DNA of 64,000 nt from an uncultured Verrucomicrobiae bacterium (GCA_963707025.1 CAVPOM010000006.1:480001-544000); one strand, 5' to 3'; counted from the first letter of the stretch, positions 40,335-51,772 are shown. The notes: generated by a model from the letters alone, not told the origin. Numbers and translations are program-made.

Positions 40335-41855
40335 TCAACTGCGGCGGCGCAGCCAGACCAGGCTGCCCAGGAAAAGGACCGAGCCGGGCATGGCCGCCAG
40401 AAACAGCCAGCCCAGCTGCCGTCTTTGCGACTGGGGCATGAAGAGCTGGTATTCCTTGATGGGACGCGGCCCAACGCCCGCCACCAGCGCCCCCGGCCGC
40501 TGCAGAAGCCAGTCCAGAGTCTGGCTGGCGAAGGTATGGTTGGCGGCGCTGTCAATCAGTTGGTCGTCCAAAAAATCAGAGTCACCGGCCACGACGATGC
40601 GGGTGCCGCCCAGGCCGTTGATGACGTTGTGTTCGATGGCGGCGATGAGGACGTATTGCGCGGGCGCCAGCGGGCTTCCGTTGGTGCCGGTGACCACCGG
40701 CTGCTCGCCCGGCAGTTGAATTCCCATGGGGCCGGTGGCGGCCACGGCCGTGAGAGTGGGCGCGCCCGGATCGCGGGGTTTGTCCGGGGGCCGGAAGATA
40801 GGATGAGGGGCGAGCATGTGAATGTTGAGATGTTCCCAGAACAGCGCACTCATAATCGGGTGCAGGGAACCGCTGTCCTTGCCCACCGCCGGGGTCGCCA
40901 GAAAATCGCCGCCGCTGCTCCAGACCGCCGGGTTCCGATCAATGACATGCCAGTTGGCCAGGATGACGTTCCACTCCGCCAGGAGCCGATCCAGCCCTTC
41001 GGTGTTGTCCAGCAGCGCCAGCAACCGGCCATTGCCGTGGTCCAAATAGGTCTGGATTTGGGACAGTTCATGGGGGGAAAGGTAGGCTTTGGGCTGGCTG
41101 CCGCGGGTGGCAATGATGAGCAGGTTGCAATCCGCCGGAATGGAATCGGTCTGGGTCAAAGCCAGGGTGCTCCAGTCGCAGGCCAATTCATCCTTGAGGA
41201 TGGCGGCCAGATTGGTGCAGCCCGAGCCGTCCGATTGGGACTGATCGGTCGGGTCGCGCTCGCCATGACCGGTGAGGAAACAGGCTTTCTGGCTCACCGG
41301 GTGGCTGAGGAAATTGATGGCGGCGGTGAAGTACATCTCACCCCGGAAGGCGGTGCGGCGAATTTCCCGGTTTTGCAGCAGGTCGTTCAAATTGTAATCC
41401 ACCAGTTTGCTTTCCGCGAAAATCTGGTGATGGCCGTCGCTCTCGAAGGCGACGAAGTTCTTTCGATCCGGCGCCAGATGGAGCCGGCCCAGCAAATTGC
41501 GCGCTTCCTCCGGGGATCGGATGTAGTCCAGGTCCACCTTGTGAATATGGGCGGGGTTGGCCTGCTGGTACTCGGCCAGCAGGGCGGCGACCATGGTGTA
41601 AACATCGGCCCTGTGCTCGTAGAAAATGGTGACGGTAACGTCATTGGTCAGGGCTTTCAAGACGCGCAGGGTGGCGGGGGAGAGTTTGGAATTGGTGGCC
41701 TCGGCCCAGAAGAAGCGTTTGAAATGTCCCTGGGCCAGGTAGTTGCACATGACCACCAGGGCCAGGGTGGCGGCGGTGGCCAGGAGCAGATTCAGGGTGG
41801 TGAGCCAGCGGCGGCCCTGGGAGAAACCGGAAGGATGGGAATCGGGCGGCGGCAT
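40335..41855 (-). CDS. GldG-like ABC-associated protein (GIFT/IFT52-like domain)
   Basis: TM, KLSPATLRVL, FLTGHGE, RIVVAGDSDFL, C-terminal TM ending WLRRRS. Confidence 0.82.
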   Translation of the reverse strand: MPPPDSHPSGFSQGRRWLTTLNLLLATAATLALVVMCNYLAQGHFKRFFWAEATNSKLSPATLRVLKALTNDVTVTIFYEHRADVYTMVAALLAEYQQANPAHIHKVDLDYIRSPEEARNLLGRLHLAPDRKNFVAFESDGHHQIFAESKLVDYNLNDLLQNREIRRTAFRGEMYFTAAINFLSHPVSQKACFLTGHGERDPTDQSQSDGSGCTNLAAILKDELACDWSTLALTQTDSIPADCNLLIIATRGSQPKAYLSPHELSQIQTYLDHGNGRLLALLDNTEGLDRLLAEWNVILANWHVIDRNPAVWSSGGDFLATPAVGKDSGSLHPIMSALFWEHLNIHMLAPHPIFRPPDKPRDPGAPTLTAVAATGPMGIQLPGEQPVVTGTNGSPLAPAQYVLIAAIEHNVINGLGGTRIVVAGDSDFLDDQLIDSAANHTFASQTLDWLLQRPGALVAGVGPRPIKEYQLFMPQSQRRQLGWLFLAAMPGSVLFLGSLVWLRRRS

Positions 41856-41856
41856 G

Positions 41857-42608
41857 TTATCTCCAGCGGCGGCTTTGCACCACGCGGTGGGTGAGGAACA
41901 AAAAGAAGGCGCTCGAAGTCAAGTAGAAAACCAGGCAGCGCGTGTCCACCACCCCCTTGGCGAAATCCTCCATGTGCGACCGCAGGCAGAGGTAGTTGAG
42001 GGTGGCGGTGGCCCAGGTCTGCTCCACCGCCAGCCGGTCGGCCGCATAACTGAGGATGAACAGGCCCAGGCCCAGGGCAAAGGCGATGACGGCGGCCACA
42101 ATTTGGCTGCCGGTCAGCGAGGAGGCGAAGCAGCCCAAACTCATGAAAAGGGTCCCCAGGAGGAAGAGCCCCAAAAAGGTGGCGGCGAGCGTGCCGGGAT
42201 CCAGGAAGGTCGGGTCGTGGGCGGCATGACTCAGAATAAAAATGAACCCCAGCAGCGGCAGCCAGATGATGCAGTAGAGAAGGAGGGCGGCGCTGAATTT
42301 GGCCAGGACCACCGCCAGGTCGCTCACCGGGGTGGTCATGAGGGTTTCGAAGGTGCCGGAAGCTTTTTCCAGGGCAAAGAGCCGCATGGTGATGACCGGG
42401 GCGGAAAAAAGCAGGATCAGCCAGAGGTATTCCGAACGCAGGAACAATTCGGTGACCGGCGCGGGGGTGGGGATCTGTTGGAGGTTGGCCACCACGATGA
42501 CGAAGCTCAGGCCCATGAGGAAGACGGCCCCGGCGATGACGACATAGCCGATCCAGGAGAAAAAGAAGGCGGCCAGTTCCCGCCGGGTCAAAGTCAGGTA
42601 GGCCCGCA

Positions 42609-42609
<1 letters not shown>
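41857..42609 (-). CDS. GldF-like ABC-2 permease
   Basis: RRELAAFF, PVITMRLFALEKASGTFETLMTTPV, six TM segments. Confidence 0.88.
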
Positions 42610-43574
<965 letters not shown>

Positions 43575-43810
43575 GGGCGCTCAGCTTCCTGGTGAGGTGT
43601 CCGGGCCGGACAACGGGCCGAAACCGGAACAACCTGTCCCATCTTAAACGCCGCCGCCGCCAGTTGGTAGCATAAACTTTGGTTTTTCCGGGATGCGCCG
43701 GTCATGGACGCGTCGCGAAAGGCTTGCGACTGGTTTTTTCGGTTGGCCAGCAAGTGTGGGTGGCGACTTGTTCGACGCCCACTCTTGCAGGCAGGGTGAG
43801 ATGCGCCACA

Positions 43811-43890
43811 CCCGTTACACCGTTACAGTTGTTGATTACCAACGGTTTACGAAAACCGCCCCCGTTACACCCCGTTACATTTTGTTACAT
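43811..43890. repeat. Five GTTACA boxes around a GTTG-ATTAC-CAAC core
   Basis: GTTACA at 43814, 43822, 43864, 43874 and 43884. Confidence 0.75.
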
Positions 43891-43931
43891 CCAACTTTCC
43901 CTGCCGCAACAAATCGGTGAGGTCGTTGATT

Positions 43932-44172
43932 AGGGTCCCGGAAGGCCGGGACCGCCCGCCGACGGGCATTGGCAGAGGGACCAACGTCGCACCGCCGTCG
44001 TGCGGCGGGTCCCGATATTTCGGGACCCGCCCTACCACCGACGACTGACTCATTGCGGTTTTCCCGGATTGTCGCTCCAGCCCATGGAACGGCGTGCAAG
44101 ACAGAATTCTTCGTTCGCATGGCAGGGACGCCTCGCCGAAGCGTCCGGGCGTCCCGGCGGGACGCCCCTACC
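43932..44172. repeat. Cluster of REP-like palindromes
   Basis: GGTCCCGG-AAGG-CCGGGACC; GGCGGGTCCCGA-TATT-TCGGGACCCGCC followed by CTAC; GGGCGTCCCG-G-CGGGACGCCC followed by CTAC. Confidence 0.7.
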
Positions 44173-44294
44173 AGAAGAAGAATTTTGTCCTGCGCCCCAT
44201 GGAACCCTGCGAGGGCGGCCAAGTTGCGCCAGACGGCGATTCCAGAATCATTGAGTTTTGGTCATTGAAAATTGGTCATTTGTCATTTAAAGGG

Positions 44295-45735
44295 ATGGGC
44301 GTGGCCGGGACCGACTCCAATTTCTACGCCCGCTGGCGGGCGCAAAATGAGGCGCGCCTTTTCCTGGGGGAGCGCGACGCCGCCCATCCGCCGGAACGGC
44401 TGCTGCAAAGCATCTGGCTGCATCAGCGGCTGCGGCGCGAGCATTTGCAAACGCTGGACGGCCAGCCTTTGCGCGTGCTCCATCCCGGCTTTTGGAACCG
44501 GGCAGGCCGGCCCTGATTTTCGCGGGGCGGTCCTGCAATTCGGCCAGGAACCGGCGCGGACGGGCGATGTGGAAATTGACTGGGTTCCGGGCAACTGGCA
44601 GGCGCACGGGCACCAGGACAATCCGGCCTTTGCCGGCGTGATTTTGCAGGTGGTGTGGGATGGCTCCGCGCGCGGCGCGCATCCCGTGCCCGCCCTGGCC
44701 CTGGAAAAGTTTGTGGACACGCCGCTGGCCGAAATGCAGCAGTGGGCCGGGAGCGGCGCGGCGCAGGACTGGCCCGCCGCCTTGCAGGGCGCGTGCTCCG
44801 CGCCGCTGGCCGAACTGGCGCCCGAACAAACCGCCGAACTGCTGCACCAGGCCGCGCGCGTCCGTTTCGAGCGCAAGGCCCGCGAGCTGGAGGCGCGGGC
44901 GCGGGAGAGCGGCTGGGAACAGGCGCTGTGGGAGGGGCTTTTTCGGGCGCTGGGTTACCAACAGAACATCTGGCCCATGCAGCGCCTGGGAGAATTGCTC
45001 CCGCGCCTGCAAAGCCCCGCCGGCTCCGTCGCGGCCTGGCAGGCCCGTTTATTGGGCGTCGGCGGCCTGCTGCCGCCGGATGTTTCCAAGGGCGGCCCGG
45101 ATGAATATCTGCGCAAGCTCTGGGACCACTGGTGGCGGGAGCGGGAGGGGTTGAGCGAGGTGGTTTTGCCCCGCAACCTCTGGCGGTTTGGCGGCCTGCG
45201 CCCGGCCAATCAACCGCAGCGCAGACTGGCGCTGGCGGCCCACTGGCTGTCAACAAAAGATTTTCTCCCCCGCCTGGAACGCTGGTTCACCGCCGCGCCA
45301 GCGCAGGCCGCCCCGGCCGGTTCGCTGCTGGCCTGCCTGCAAGCGCCGGAGGATGATTTCTGGTCCTGGCACTGGGGCCTGCGCAGCGCGCGCCTGGGCC
45401 GGCCCCAGCCGCTGCTGGGCGCGACCCGGGTGACGGACCTGGCTGTCAATGTGATTTTACCCTGGTTTTGGATGCGGGCGCAGGCGGGCCGGAACGAGGC
45501 GTTGCGGAAGATGGCCGAGGAGCGGTATCGGGCGTGGCCGGCGGGGCAGGACAACGCGCCGCTGCGCCTGGCCCGGCGGCGGTTGCTGGGCCGGGGCGGT
45601 TCGGCCGGCATCCGCTCGGCGGCCGGGCAGCAGGGCCTGCTGCAAATCGTGCGCGATTTTTGCGACCACTCCAACGCCATCTGCGCGGATTGCCAGTTTC
45701 CCGGCCTGGTGCGCGAATTTGCGGGCTGTGGCTAG
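44295..45735 (+). CDS. DUF2851-family protein, split by a one-base insertion near 44500
   Basis: PERLLQSIW, HPGFWN|AGPDF, GDVEID, HGHQDNPAF, RPANQPQRRL, QQGLLQI, C-terminal Cys cluster. Confidence 0.8.
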
Positions 45736-46740
45736 AGCATTTCCATAAATCATGTAGCGTAGCGGGCGTTTAAAAAGAAGCCCCGGCAATCGGCGGTGGA
45801 GATGGCTTCAAAGGCAATCTTCGCCGCTTGGAGCAGTTCCTTGGCGGTTCGCGGCGCGAGACCTCGCATAATTTGTTTGACCTTGCTCCACATATTTTCG
45901 ATGGGATTAAAGTCTGGCGAATAGGGCGGCAGATACAGCAGCGTTGCCCCGGCCTCTTCGATGGCTTGGCGGACTCCGGTCACCTTATGCGTGGCCAAGT
46001 TGTCCATGATGACCAAGTCACCCTTGCGCAACTCCACCACCAGCCCCTGCTGGATCCAGGCCAAAAACATTTCCCCGTCCATGGCCCCCTCAAAGAGGCA
46101 GGGGGCCGCAGGCCCGGCCAGACGAATGGCGCAGACCAGGGTGGTGGTCTGATAATGTCCCTGCGGGACGTGGGCCGCCAGTCTTCGGCCCACGGGTGAC
46201 CGCCCGCAAAAACGGGTCATCTTGGTGTTGGCCCCGCTTTCATCCACGAAGACCAGTCGGGCAGGTGGGTCACTTGCCAGACGCTCATGCCAATGGGCCC
46301 GCTTTTCGGCCACGTCCGGACGGTTCTGCTCGGCGGCGCAGAGCGTTTTTTTTATAGCTCAACCCCAGTTTGCGCAGCCACAAATCCACAGTGGAGGTCC
46401 CGAAAGGGCGGTCCAGACGCGCCCCCAACTCGGCCAACGTCGCGTCGGGCTGGGCCGCCACCAGCTTTTGCAGGCGAGCCTGGCGTCCGGCGTTCAGCAG
46501 CGTTTTGCGCCCGCACAAATGGGTTTGCGGCTGGAGCGTGCCGCGCTCTTGGAACTGCTGCCGGACCCGGCGCACCGCCGCCACGCAAAAGCCGAAAAAG
46601 TCCGCGATCTCGCGGGTGCTTTTGCCTTGTTCATAGAGTTGCAGGATGCGCTCGCGCGCAGACACGGGTATCGCTCGCATGGCTCAAGCCTGCCAGCCCT
46701 CTCGCCCCAGTCAAGCTATATCATTTATGGAAACGCTCTA
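45733..46740 (-). mobile_element. IS630-family insertion sequence
   Basis: Ends TAGAGCATTTCCATAAAT and revcomp TAGAGCGTTTCCATAAAT (17/18, including the duplicated TA). Confidence 0.93.
45750..46680 (-). CDS. IS630 transposase in two frames joined at an A8 tract (46346-46353)
   Basis: HTH ORF ending SYKK; DDE ORF with FVDESG, MDNL, YLPPYSPDFNPIE. Confidence 0.9.
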
Positions 46741-46792
46741 AAAGCCGGCTTAATCAGCAAACGCAACCAAGTTCGGTGGAAACCAGTTGTTT

Positions 46793-47056
46793 TTACTCTT
46801 TCGCTGCGAGTTGCTTGAGTTTCTCCAGGTTCAGCAGGTGCCAGCCGCGGATGCGGTATTCGGTGATTTGTTGACGGAGCAGGCGGTAAAGAGCGGGATC
46901 GGTTTGAGCCAGGTCGTCCGGCACGTCCCTGGCCGCGAATTCGGCCACGACCACAACTTCCGCCCATCGCTTCTCTTTGAGCAGGACCGGAATCTCATCC
47001 TGATGGGCCAGGAGGTGACGGGCCTGCAGTTCTTTTTGTCGCGCGCTTTGACTCAC
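46793..47056 (-). CDS. Hypothetical helical protein (87 aa)
   Basis: Host-like codon usage and protein-like composition. Confidence 0.55.
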   Translation of the reverse strand: MSQSARQKELQARHLLAHQDEIPVLLKEKRWAEVVVVAEFAARDVPDDLAQTDPALYRLLRQQITEYRIRGWHLLNLEKLKQLAAKE

Positions 47057-47316
47057 AAATCAATCCATGCGTCTGATTGTAATGGGCTGGGGTTCTCACT
47101 CAAGCCTGGTCTTTCCGTGTAGTTTCGAATCGGGACTGCCCGGCTCGTCCAGGATGGGTGATGTGCATTTCGTTCTTTCAATAAACAAAGCGGAGGTTGT
47201 ATATCAAATCGGACTCGGCCGGGGTCAAATTGTTCGCTTGAGGCGATGAGGCAGATGGGGAAGACCGACACATAAAACGCCCAGTCCATCGTCCAGAAAG
47301 GATTCCATCAGGCGGT

Positions 47317-47345
47317 TTGACAAAAGGCCACGTTTGGGCCACAAT
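47317..47345 (+). promoter_or_regulatory. Sigma70 promoter of the TA operon (leaderless)
   Basis: TTGACA-17-CACAAT, then 6 nt to ATG 47352. Confidence 0.65.
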
Positions 47346-47351
47346 GGGCAC

Positions 47352-47570
47352 ATGAGCGCAATTGCCAAAAGCCGTATTGACCCCGAATTGAAGCGCCAGG
47401 CTGAAGCCGTGCTGGAAGAGATCGGACTGAAACCACGGGCCGCATTGGAACTTTTTTACAAACAGATCATCAAGCGCCGGGCCATCCCGTTCCCTGTGCA
47501 AGCAGACAGCCCGGAGGATGAGGTTTTGAGCCCTGCCACCCGCCGCAATAGGCTGGCTGATGAGTTTTAG
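47352..47570 (+). CDS. RelB/DinJ-family antitoxin
   Basis: RIDPELKRQAEAVLEEIGL...FYKQII...IPF. Confidence 0.85.
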   Translation: MSAIAKSRIDPELKRQAEAVLEEIGLKPRAALELFYKQIIKRRAIPFPVQADSPEDEVLSPATRRNRLADEF

Positions 47571-47572
47571 GG

Positions 47573-47896
47573 ATGAGAACTGTCCCGCAACCCGGCGAAG
47601 TTTGGTTCATTGACTTGGGCATGGTTGGCAAACCGCGCTCTGCGCTCGTTCTGGCGGCTCAAACCGATGCCCGGCTGTCACTGGCCAGCGTGGTTTTGAT
47701 CACCAGACAGTTTGAGGACACGCCTTACGAGGTGACATTGCCACGCGTGCCGTGGTTGCGGGAGCAAAGCTACATCAACGTCCAGAGCATCCAGCCGGTG
47801 AAGTTCACTGAATTTGTCCGCAAAGCTCCCGCAAAATTTGAGGCTCGCGTCATGAGCGAAGTGAAAGCCGCGCTCAAACGCTGGTTCAGGCTCTAA
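47573..47896 (+). CDS. MazF/PemK-family toxin
   Basis: PQPGEVWFIDLG...KPRSALVL, INVQSIQPV. Confidence 0.8.
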   Translation: MRTVPQPGEVWFIDLGMVGKPRSALVLAAQTDARLSLASVVLITRQFEDTPYEVTLPRVPWLREQSYINVQSIQPVKFTEFVRKAPAKFEARVMSEVKAALKRWFRL

Positions 47897-47999
47897 GAAC
47901 CCACCAAACCCTGCCGACCGACCCAAAAGTGTCAAAATTGAATTACCATCTCACAATTTGTTGATGACAAGAAGCAGGCGCGCTGGCACCTTCACACTT

Positions 48000-48326
48000 A
48001 TGTTCATCACCACCACGTTCAATATCGAAGGATACCACATCACCGACTACAAAGGGCTGGTGCGCGGCATCATTGTGCGGGCGCCCACCATCGCGCAAGG
48101 CATTGTGGGCGGGCTCAAGAACATCATCGGAGGGAGGATCGGGGCCTACACCGAGATGTGCGAGCAGGCGCGCCAGCAGGCCTTCGATGCCATGTTGACG
48201 CACGCCGAGGCGCTGGGAGCCAACGCGATTGTCGGTGTCAGATACGACGCTTCCGAGGTCGTGAGCAAGGGGTCGGCGACCGAAGTGTTGTGTTATGGCA
48301 CGGCGGTTGTCATTCAGAAGTCGTGA
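48000..48326 (+). CDS. YbjQ/UPF0145 family protein
   Basis: ITTT..IEG, GLVRG, GANAIVGVRYD, YGTAV. Confidence 0.9.
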   Translation: MFITTTFNIEGYHITDYKGLVRGIIVRAPTIAQGIVGGLKNIIGGRIGAYTEMCEQARQQAFDAMLTHAEALGANAIVGVRYDASEVVSKGSATEVLCYGTAVVIQKS

Positions 48327-48379
48327 GCAGCGCGGCTGGGTAAAGATTACGATTAGGATAAGGGACTGAAAGCGCCGCC

Positions 48380-48514
48380 TAGAGCGGTGTCACAAATACT
48401 GTAGCCACATTACGCGGTAGGGTCCCGGCAGGCCGGGATTGCCCGCCGCGGCGCGCACGGAGTGCGCGCCCTACCATCTTCATTCACGGCTACACAATCT
48501 CTTAAACCGCCCTA
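48380..48514. mobile_element. IS630-like MITE carrying a REP doublet
   Basis: TA-ended 27-nt imperfect TIRs (20/27 identical by eye) enclosing GTAG...CTAC palindromes. Confidence 0.55.
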
Positions 48515-48584
48515 AAAAAGGGAAAGGCGCCCGACGAGGTTTCCAGCGGGAACCTGCCGGTCTAAAGCCGGCACCACAGTTTCT

Positions 48585-49337
48585 TCAGGCGGGCACTTCC
48601 CCAAGGGCCGACCCTTGGCTGTCAAATTCCTGCTGCGGAGGCGCGGCCTCCAGGGACTCTCCCTCCGGGATGGAATCGTTTTCGGGAGGGGAGTCGTTTT
48701 CCGGCGGCTCGCCGCTGGCGGCGGCGGCGGCCCGCTCGGCCGCCAGTTCGATGTCGCGCTCGGCCTGGTGCGGATTTTTGGCGCGTTTGGCCCTGGGCAA
48801 GGGGCTGAGCATGACGTTGATGCCTTTGCCGATCAGTTTGGGCGGGGCGTCCGGGTGGCCGTAAGGGATCAGGCTCTGGGCAAATTTCTCCACCTGCTGA
48901 AATCCCAATTCCTTGTGGGCCATCTCGCGGCCGCGAAAGCGCAGGGTGATCTTCACCTTCATGTCTTCGCAGAGAAAATCCACCGCGTGCTGCAATTTGA
49001 CGCCGAAATCATGCGGGTCAATATTGGGGCTGAGCTGGACTTCCTTGACCTTGTTGGCGTGCTGATGTTTGCGGGCTTCTTTTTCCTGCTTGGCCAGTTC
49101 GTAGCGGTATTTGCCGAAGGCGATCAAGCGGCAGACGGGCGGGGTGGCATTGGGGGCGATTTCCACCAAATCCACCGCCTTGGAGCGGGCCAGGCTGATG
49201 GCCTCGGGCAGCGACATCACGCCCAGCATTTTCTTTTCCCCGTCAATGACGCGGACCTCGCGGGCGCGGATTTTCCCGTTGACGCGCGTGAAAGAGGCGG
49301 CGGAAGGAGGGGTACGAGGAGAAAAAGGGCGACTCAA
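48585..49337 (-). CDS. infC: Translation initiation factor IF-3 (probable TTG start)
   Basis: RVNGKIRAREVRVI, DLVEIAPNATPPVCR, LRFRGREMAH. Confidence 0.95.
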   Translation of the reverse strand: MSRPFSPRTPPSAASFTRVNGKIRAREVRVIDGEKKMLGVMSLPEAISLARSKAVDLVEIAPNATPPVCRLIAFGKYRYELAKQEKEARKHQHANKVKEVQLSPNIDPHDFGVKLQHAVDFLCEDMKVKITLRFRGREMAHKELGFQQVEKFAQSLIPYGHPDAPPKLIGKGINVMLSPLPRAKRAKNPHQAERDIELAAERAAAAASGEPPENDSPPENDSIPEGESLEAAPPQQEFDSQGSALGEVPA

Positions 49338-49534
49338 GAGGCCCTCACCAGTGCTAGGATGTTCATGTATGCTTCAAATGACTTCTGTGCGGGCCCTGCT
49401 GTTGGGCAGAGCGCCGCTATCACCCATCGTCTATAAACTAAAACCCAAGCCCGGTTTTTGCAAGTTAAAAAATGTGTCGGACAAGGGCCGGGTGGCATGG
49501 CACAAGGGGGGTTAAGATCAGCAGGTCCGGGGGG

Positions 49535-50557
49535 CTAGGTTTTGAGGGTTTCCACGATTTTTACGGCCAACTGCCGGCCGGAGGTGCCGAGCTGGCCGGT
49601 GAATTTGGGCATGGACTCCAGGGATATTTCGACTTGACTTGTGGCAGCCTGGGACAAGGGCAGCAGGTCGCCGGGTTTCAGGCCGGCGAGTTGGCGGGCG
49701 CTGATGGCCAGGCCGCGCCAACGGGCGCTGACCTGGACGCGGACCTCGTTGAGCGCCGGATTCCAGCGGGGGGCCGCGCCGGTTGGAGCGGCGGGTGTTC
49801 TTTGGCCGGAAGGGAGGTCGGAGCTGATTTTGGCCAGGAGCACTTCCAGGATGGATTGGGGGAAGGCGATCTGGATGGTCTCAACCGTCTGGGCAAAGCG
49901 CACTTCCAGGCCCAGGCAAAGGAACATGGTTTCAGGGGAGGCAAGGTTAAGGAAGCGGCCCGAGGTTTCGTGGCCAAGCAGGGCGGGGCGCATGGGGAGG
50001 GCGTCGGCCCAGGCGCTGCACCATTCGGCGACCATGAGGTTGACGACCTTGGCGGCCAGCTTGGTCTCGATTTGGGTCAGGTCGCGGATGTCGTCCTGGC
50101 AAACCGCCGGGCCGCCCAGTTCGCGGTCCACGATGGTCAGACCCAGCCGGGCCGGCATGTCCAGGAGGCAGACGCCTTCCAGCGGTTCGATTTTGAAGAG
50201 AGTCAAATAAGTCGGGTTGGAGAGGGAATCCACGAACGGCTGAAAGCGGAGGGCATCCAGTTTGGTCAATTGCAGGGAGCATTCCAAACGGAGATGAATG
50301 GAGAGGCGGGCAGTCAGGGAACTGACAAACGAATCGCAATGCATGCGCAGTTTGCGCATTTCGCCGGTGCCGAAGGAGCAGACCTTGGGAAAAGCCACGC
50401 GCGCAGTCGCATCCTGCCCGGTCCCCGGCTCGCCGCCCGGCCCGCCCGCCAGCGCATCGCTTTCACTGACCGAGGCCAAAAGCTGTTCGACCTCGGATTG
50501 GGACATGGCCGTTGAGACCGGGCTGGCCGGGGGTGTTTGAGTGGGGGAGGCGAACAT
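49535..50557 (-). CDS. fliM: Flagellar motor switch protein FliM
   Basis: MSQSEVEQLL CheY-binding-like peptide, CheC-like middle (DRELGG, RDLTQIE), SpoA C-terminus. Confidence 0.85.
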   Translation of the reverse strand: MFASPTQTPPASPVSTAMSQSEVEQLLASVSESDALAGGPGGEPGTGQDATARVAFPKVCSFGTGEMRKLRMHCDSFVSSLTARLSIHLRLECSLQLTKLDALRFQPFVDSLSNPTYLTLFKIEPLEGVCLLDMPARLGLTIVDRELGGPAVCQDDIRDLTQIETKLAAKVVNLMVAEWCSAWADALPMRPALLGHETSGRFLNLASPETMFLCLGLEVRFAQTVETIQIAFPQSILEVLLAKISSDLPSGQRTPAAPTGAAPRWNPALNEVRVQVSARWRGLAISARQLAGLKPGDLLPLSQAATSQVEISLESMPKFTGQLGTSGRQLAVKIVETLKT

Positions 50558-50575
50558 AGGCGTGGGAGGCAGAGG

Positions 50576-51613
50576 TCAGGCCTTCTTGCGGATTTCCTCC
50601 AAATCTATGGTGCCGTCGCTTTCCAGGCGTCGGACCGTTTCGATGATCTCCATTTGGGCGGCGTCAATTTGGCTGAGTTTGATCGAGCCGAGGAAGCTGA
50701 TTTCCTCGCGGACGTTGTCGGCGGCGCGTTTGGAGATGCTGGCGAGCATCTTGTTTTTGACGTTGGCCGGGGCGGCCTTCAAAGCAATGGCCAGGGTGCG
50801 GAAATCCACTTCCTGCAGGATCTTCTGCAGGGTCTTGGTTTCCAGGCGCTCCAGTTCCTCGAAGGTGAGCATTTTTTTCAGAACGGCGTCGCCCAACTCG
50901 GCGTTGTGCTCGCGCAGGGAGTTGAGAATGGAGTCGCTGACGTTTTTGGGCAGGGCGTTGAGCAGATCGGCGGCGACCTTGACTCCGCCGGTGTGGCTGA
51001 GGGCGCGGGTGGGGTTGCCGGCCAGCCTGGCGTGGAGCGACTCGGCCACGCTTTCGACCACATCCAGGGAAGTGGGGGACAGGGTGGCGAGGCGTTCGAC
51101 CACTTGCTCGCGCTGTTCTGGGCGGACCAGTCCCAGGAATTGGGAGGCCTTTTCCGGCGGCAGGTAGCTGACGACCAGGGCCATGGTTTGCAGTTGCTCG
51201 TGGCGGAGGACGTTGTAAAGGGCGCGGGGATCCATCTCGATGATTTCCTGCATGGCGGCCACCGACGGCCGCTGCACGGAAACCCGGCCGATAATGTCGG
51301 AGGCGCGGAACAAACCGACGGCTTTTTCCAGGATGATTTTGACGCGGTCCACCCCGCCCGGGATGGCGGTGGTGGCCTGCAGCGCGACGGGCAGGAACTC
51401 TTCCATGATCTCGTTCTGCAGTTGGTGGGAGATGGCGGAGAATTTGGCCATCTCCGCGGAAACGGCCTCCAATTCCGAGGCTTCCAACTGTTCCATGATG
51501 TGGGCGGCGTTGTCCGGCTCCAACATCAAAAGGAAGCCGGCCAGCTTCTGCAACTGGTTCAGCTTGGAAAACTCCGTGGTTTCCTGGCTCGGCGCCTCTT
51601 CGGTGGCATTCAT
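50576..51613 (-). CDS. fliG: Flagellar motor switch protein FliG
   Basis: QKLAGFLLML, PGGV, EQLQ (EHPQ-like), GGVKVAADLLN, MLTFEEL, ISKRAAD. Confidence 0.92.
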   Translation of the reverse strand: MNATEEAPSQETTEFSKLNQLQKLAGFLLMLEPDNAAHIMEQLEASELEAVSAEMAKFSAISHQLQNEIMEEFLPVALQATTAIPGGVDRVKIILEKAVGLFRASDIIGRVSVQRPSVAAMQEIIEMDPRALYNVLRHEQLQTMALVVSYLPPEKASQFLGLVRPEQREQVVERLATLSPTSLDVVESVAESLHARLAGNPTRALSHTGGVKVAADLLNALPKNVSDSILNSLREHNAELGDAVLKKMLTFEELERLETKTLQKILQEVDFRTLAIALKAAPANVKNKMLASISKRAADNVREEISFLGSIKLSQIDAAQMEIIETVRRLESDGTIDLEEIRKKA

Positions 51614-51702
51614 TGATTTCTTTGTGATGTTCACCTGGGGCCGTCCGGGAACGCCCGGCACGGCAATGCCGCCCGCCACACCACGCGCGAGCGCTTATTA
51701 CA

Positions 51703-51729
51703 GTATCGGCAGGATCCCGCGATCATTTA
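51703..51729 (-). promoter_or_regulatory. Sigma28 (FliA) promoter upstream of fliG
   Basis: Minus strand TAAA-N15-GCCGATAC. Confidence 0.75.
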
Positions 51730-51772
51730 GCGGCTTTTTAGCGGGGAGCGGGCCTTTTTTCCCCCCCTTCGG

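Noticed and set aside
44490..44515. Regulated frameshift in DUF2851
   Set aside because: A single extra G in a short G run, the same error signature as above.
48670..48710. PPENDS duplication in the IF-3 tail
   Set aside because: A real 18-bp duplication, but in a low-complexity acidic tail and unlikely to matter.
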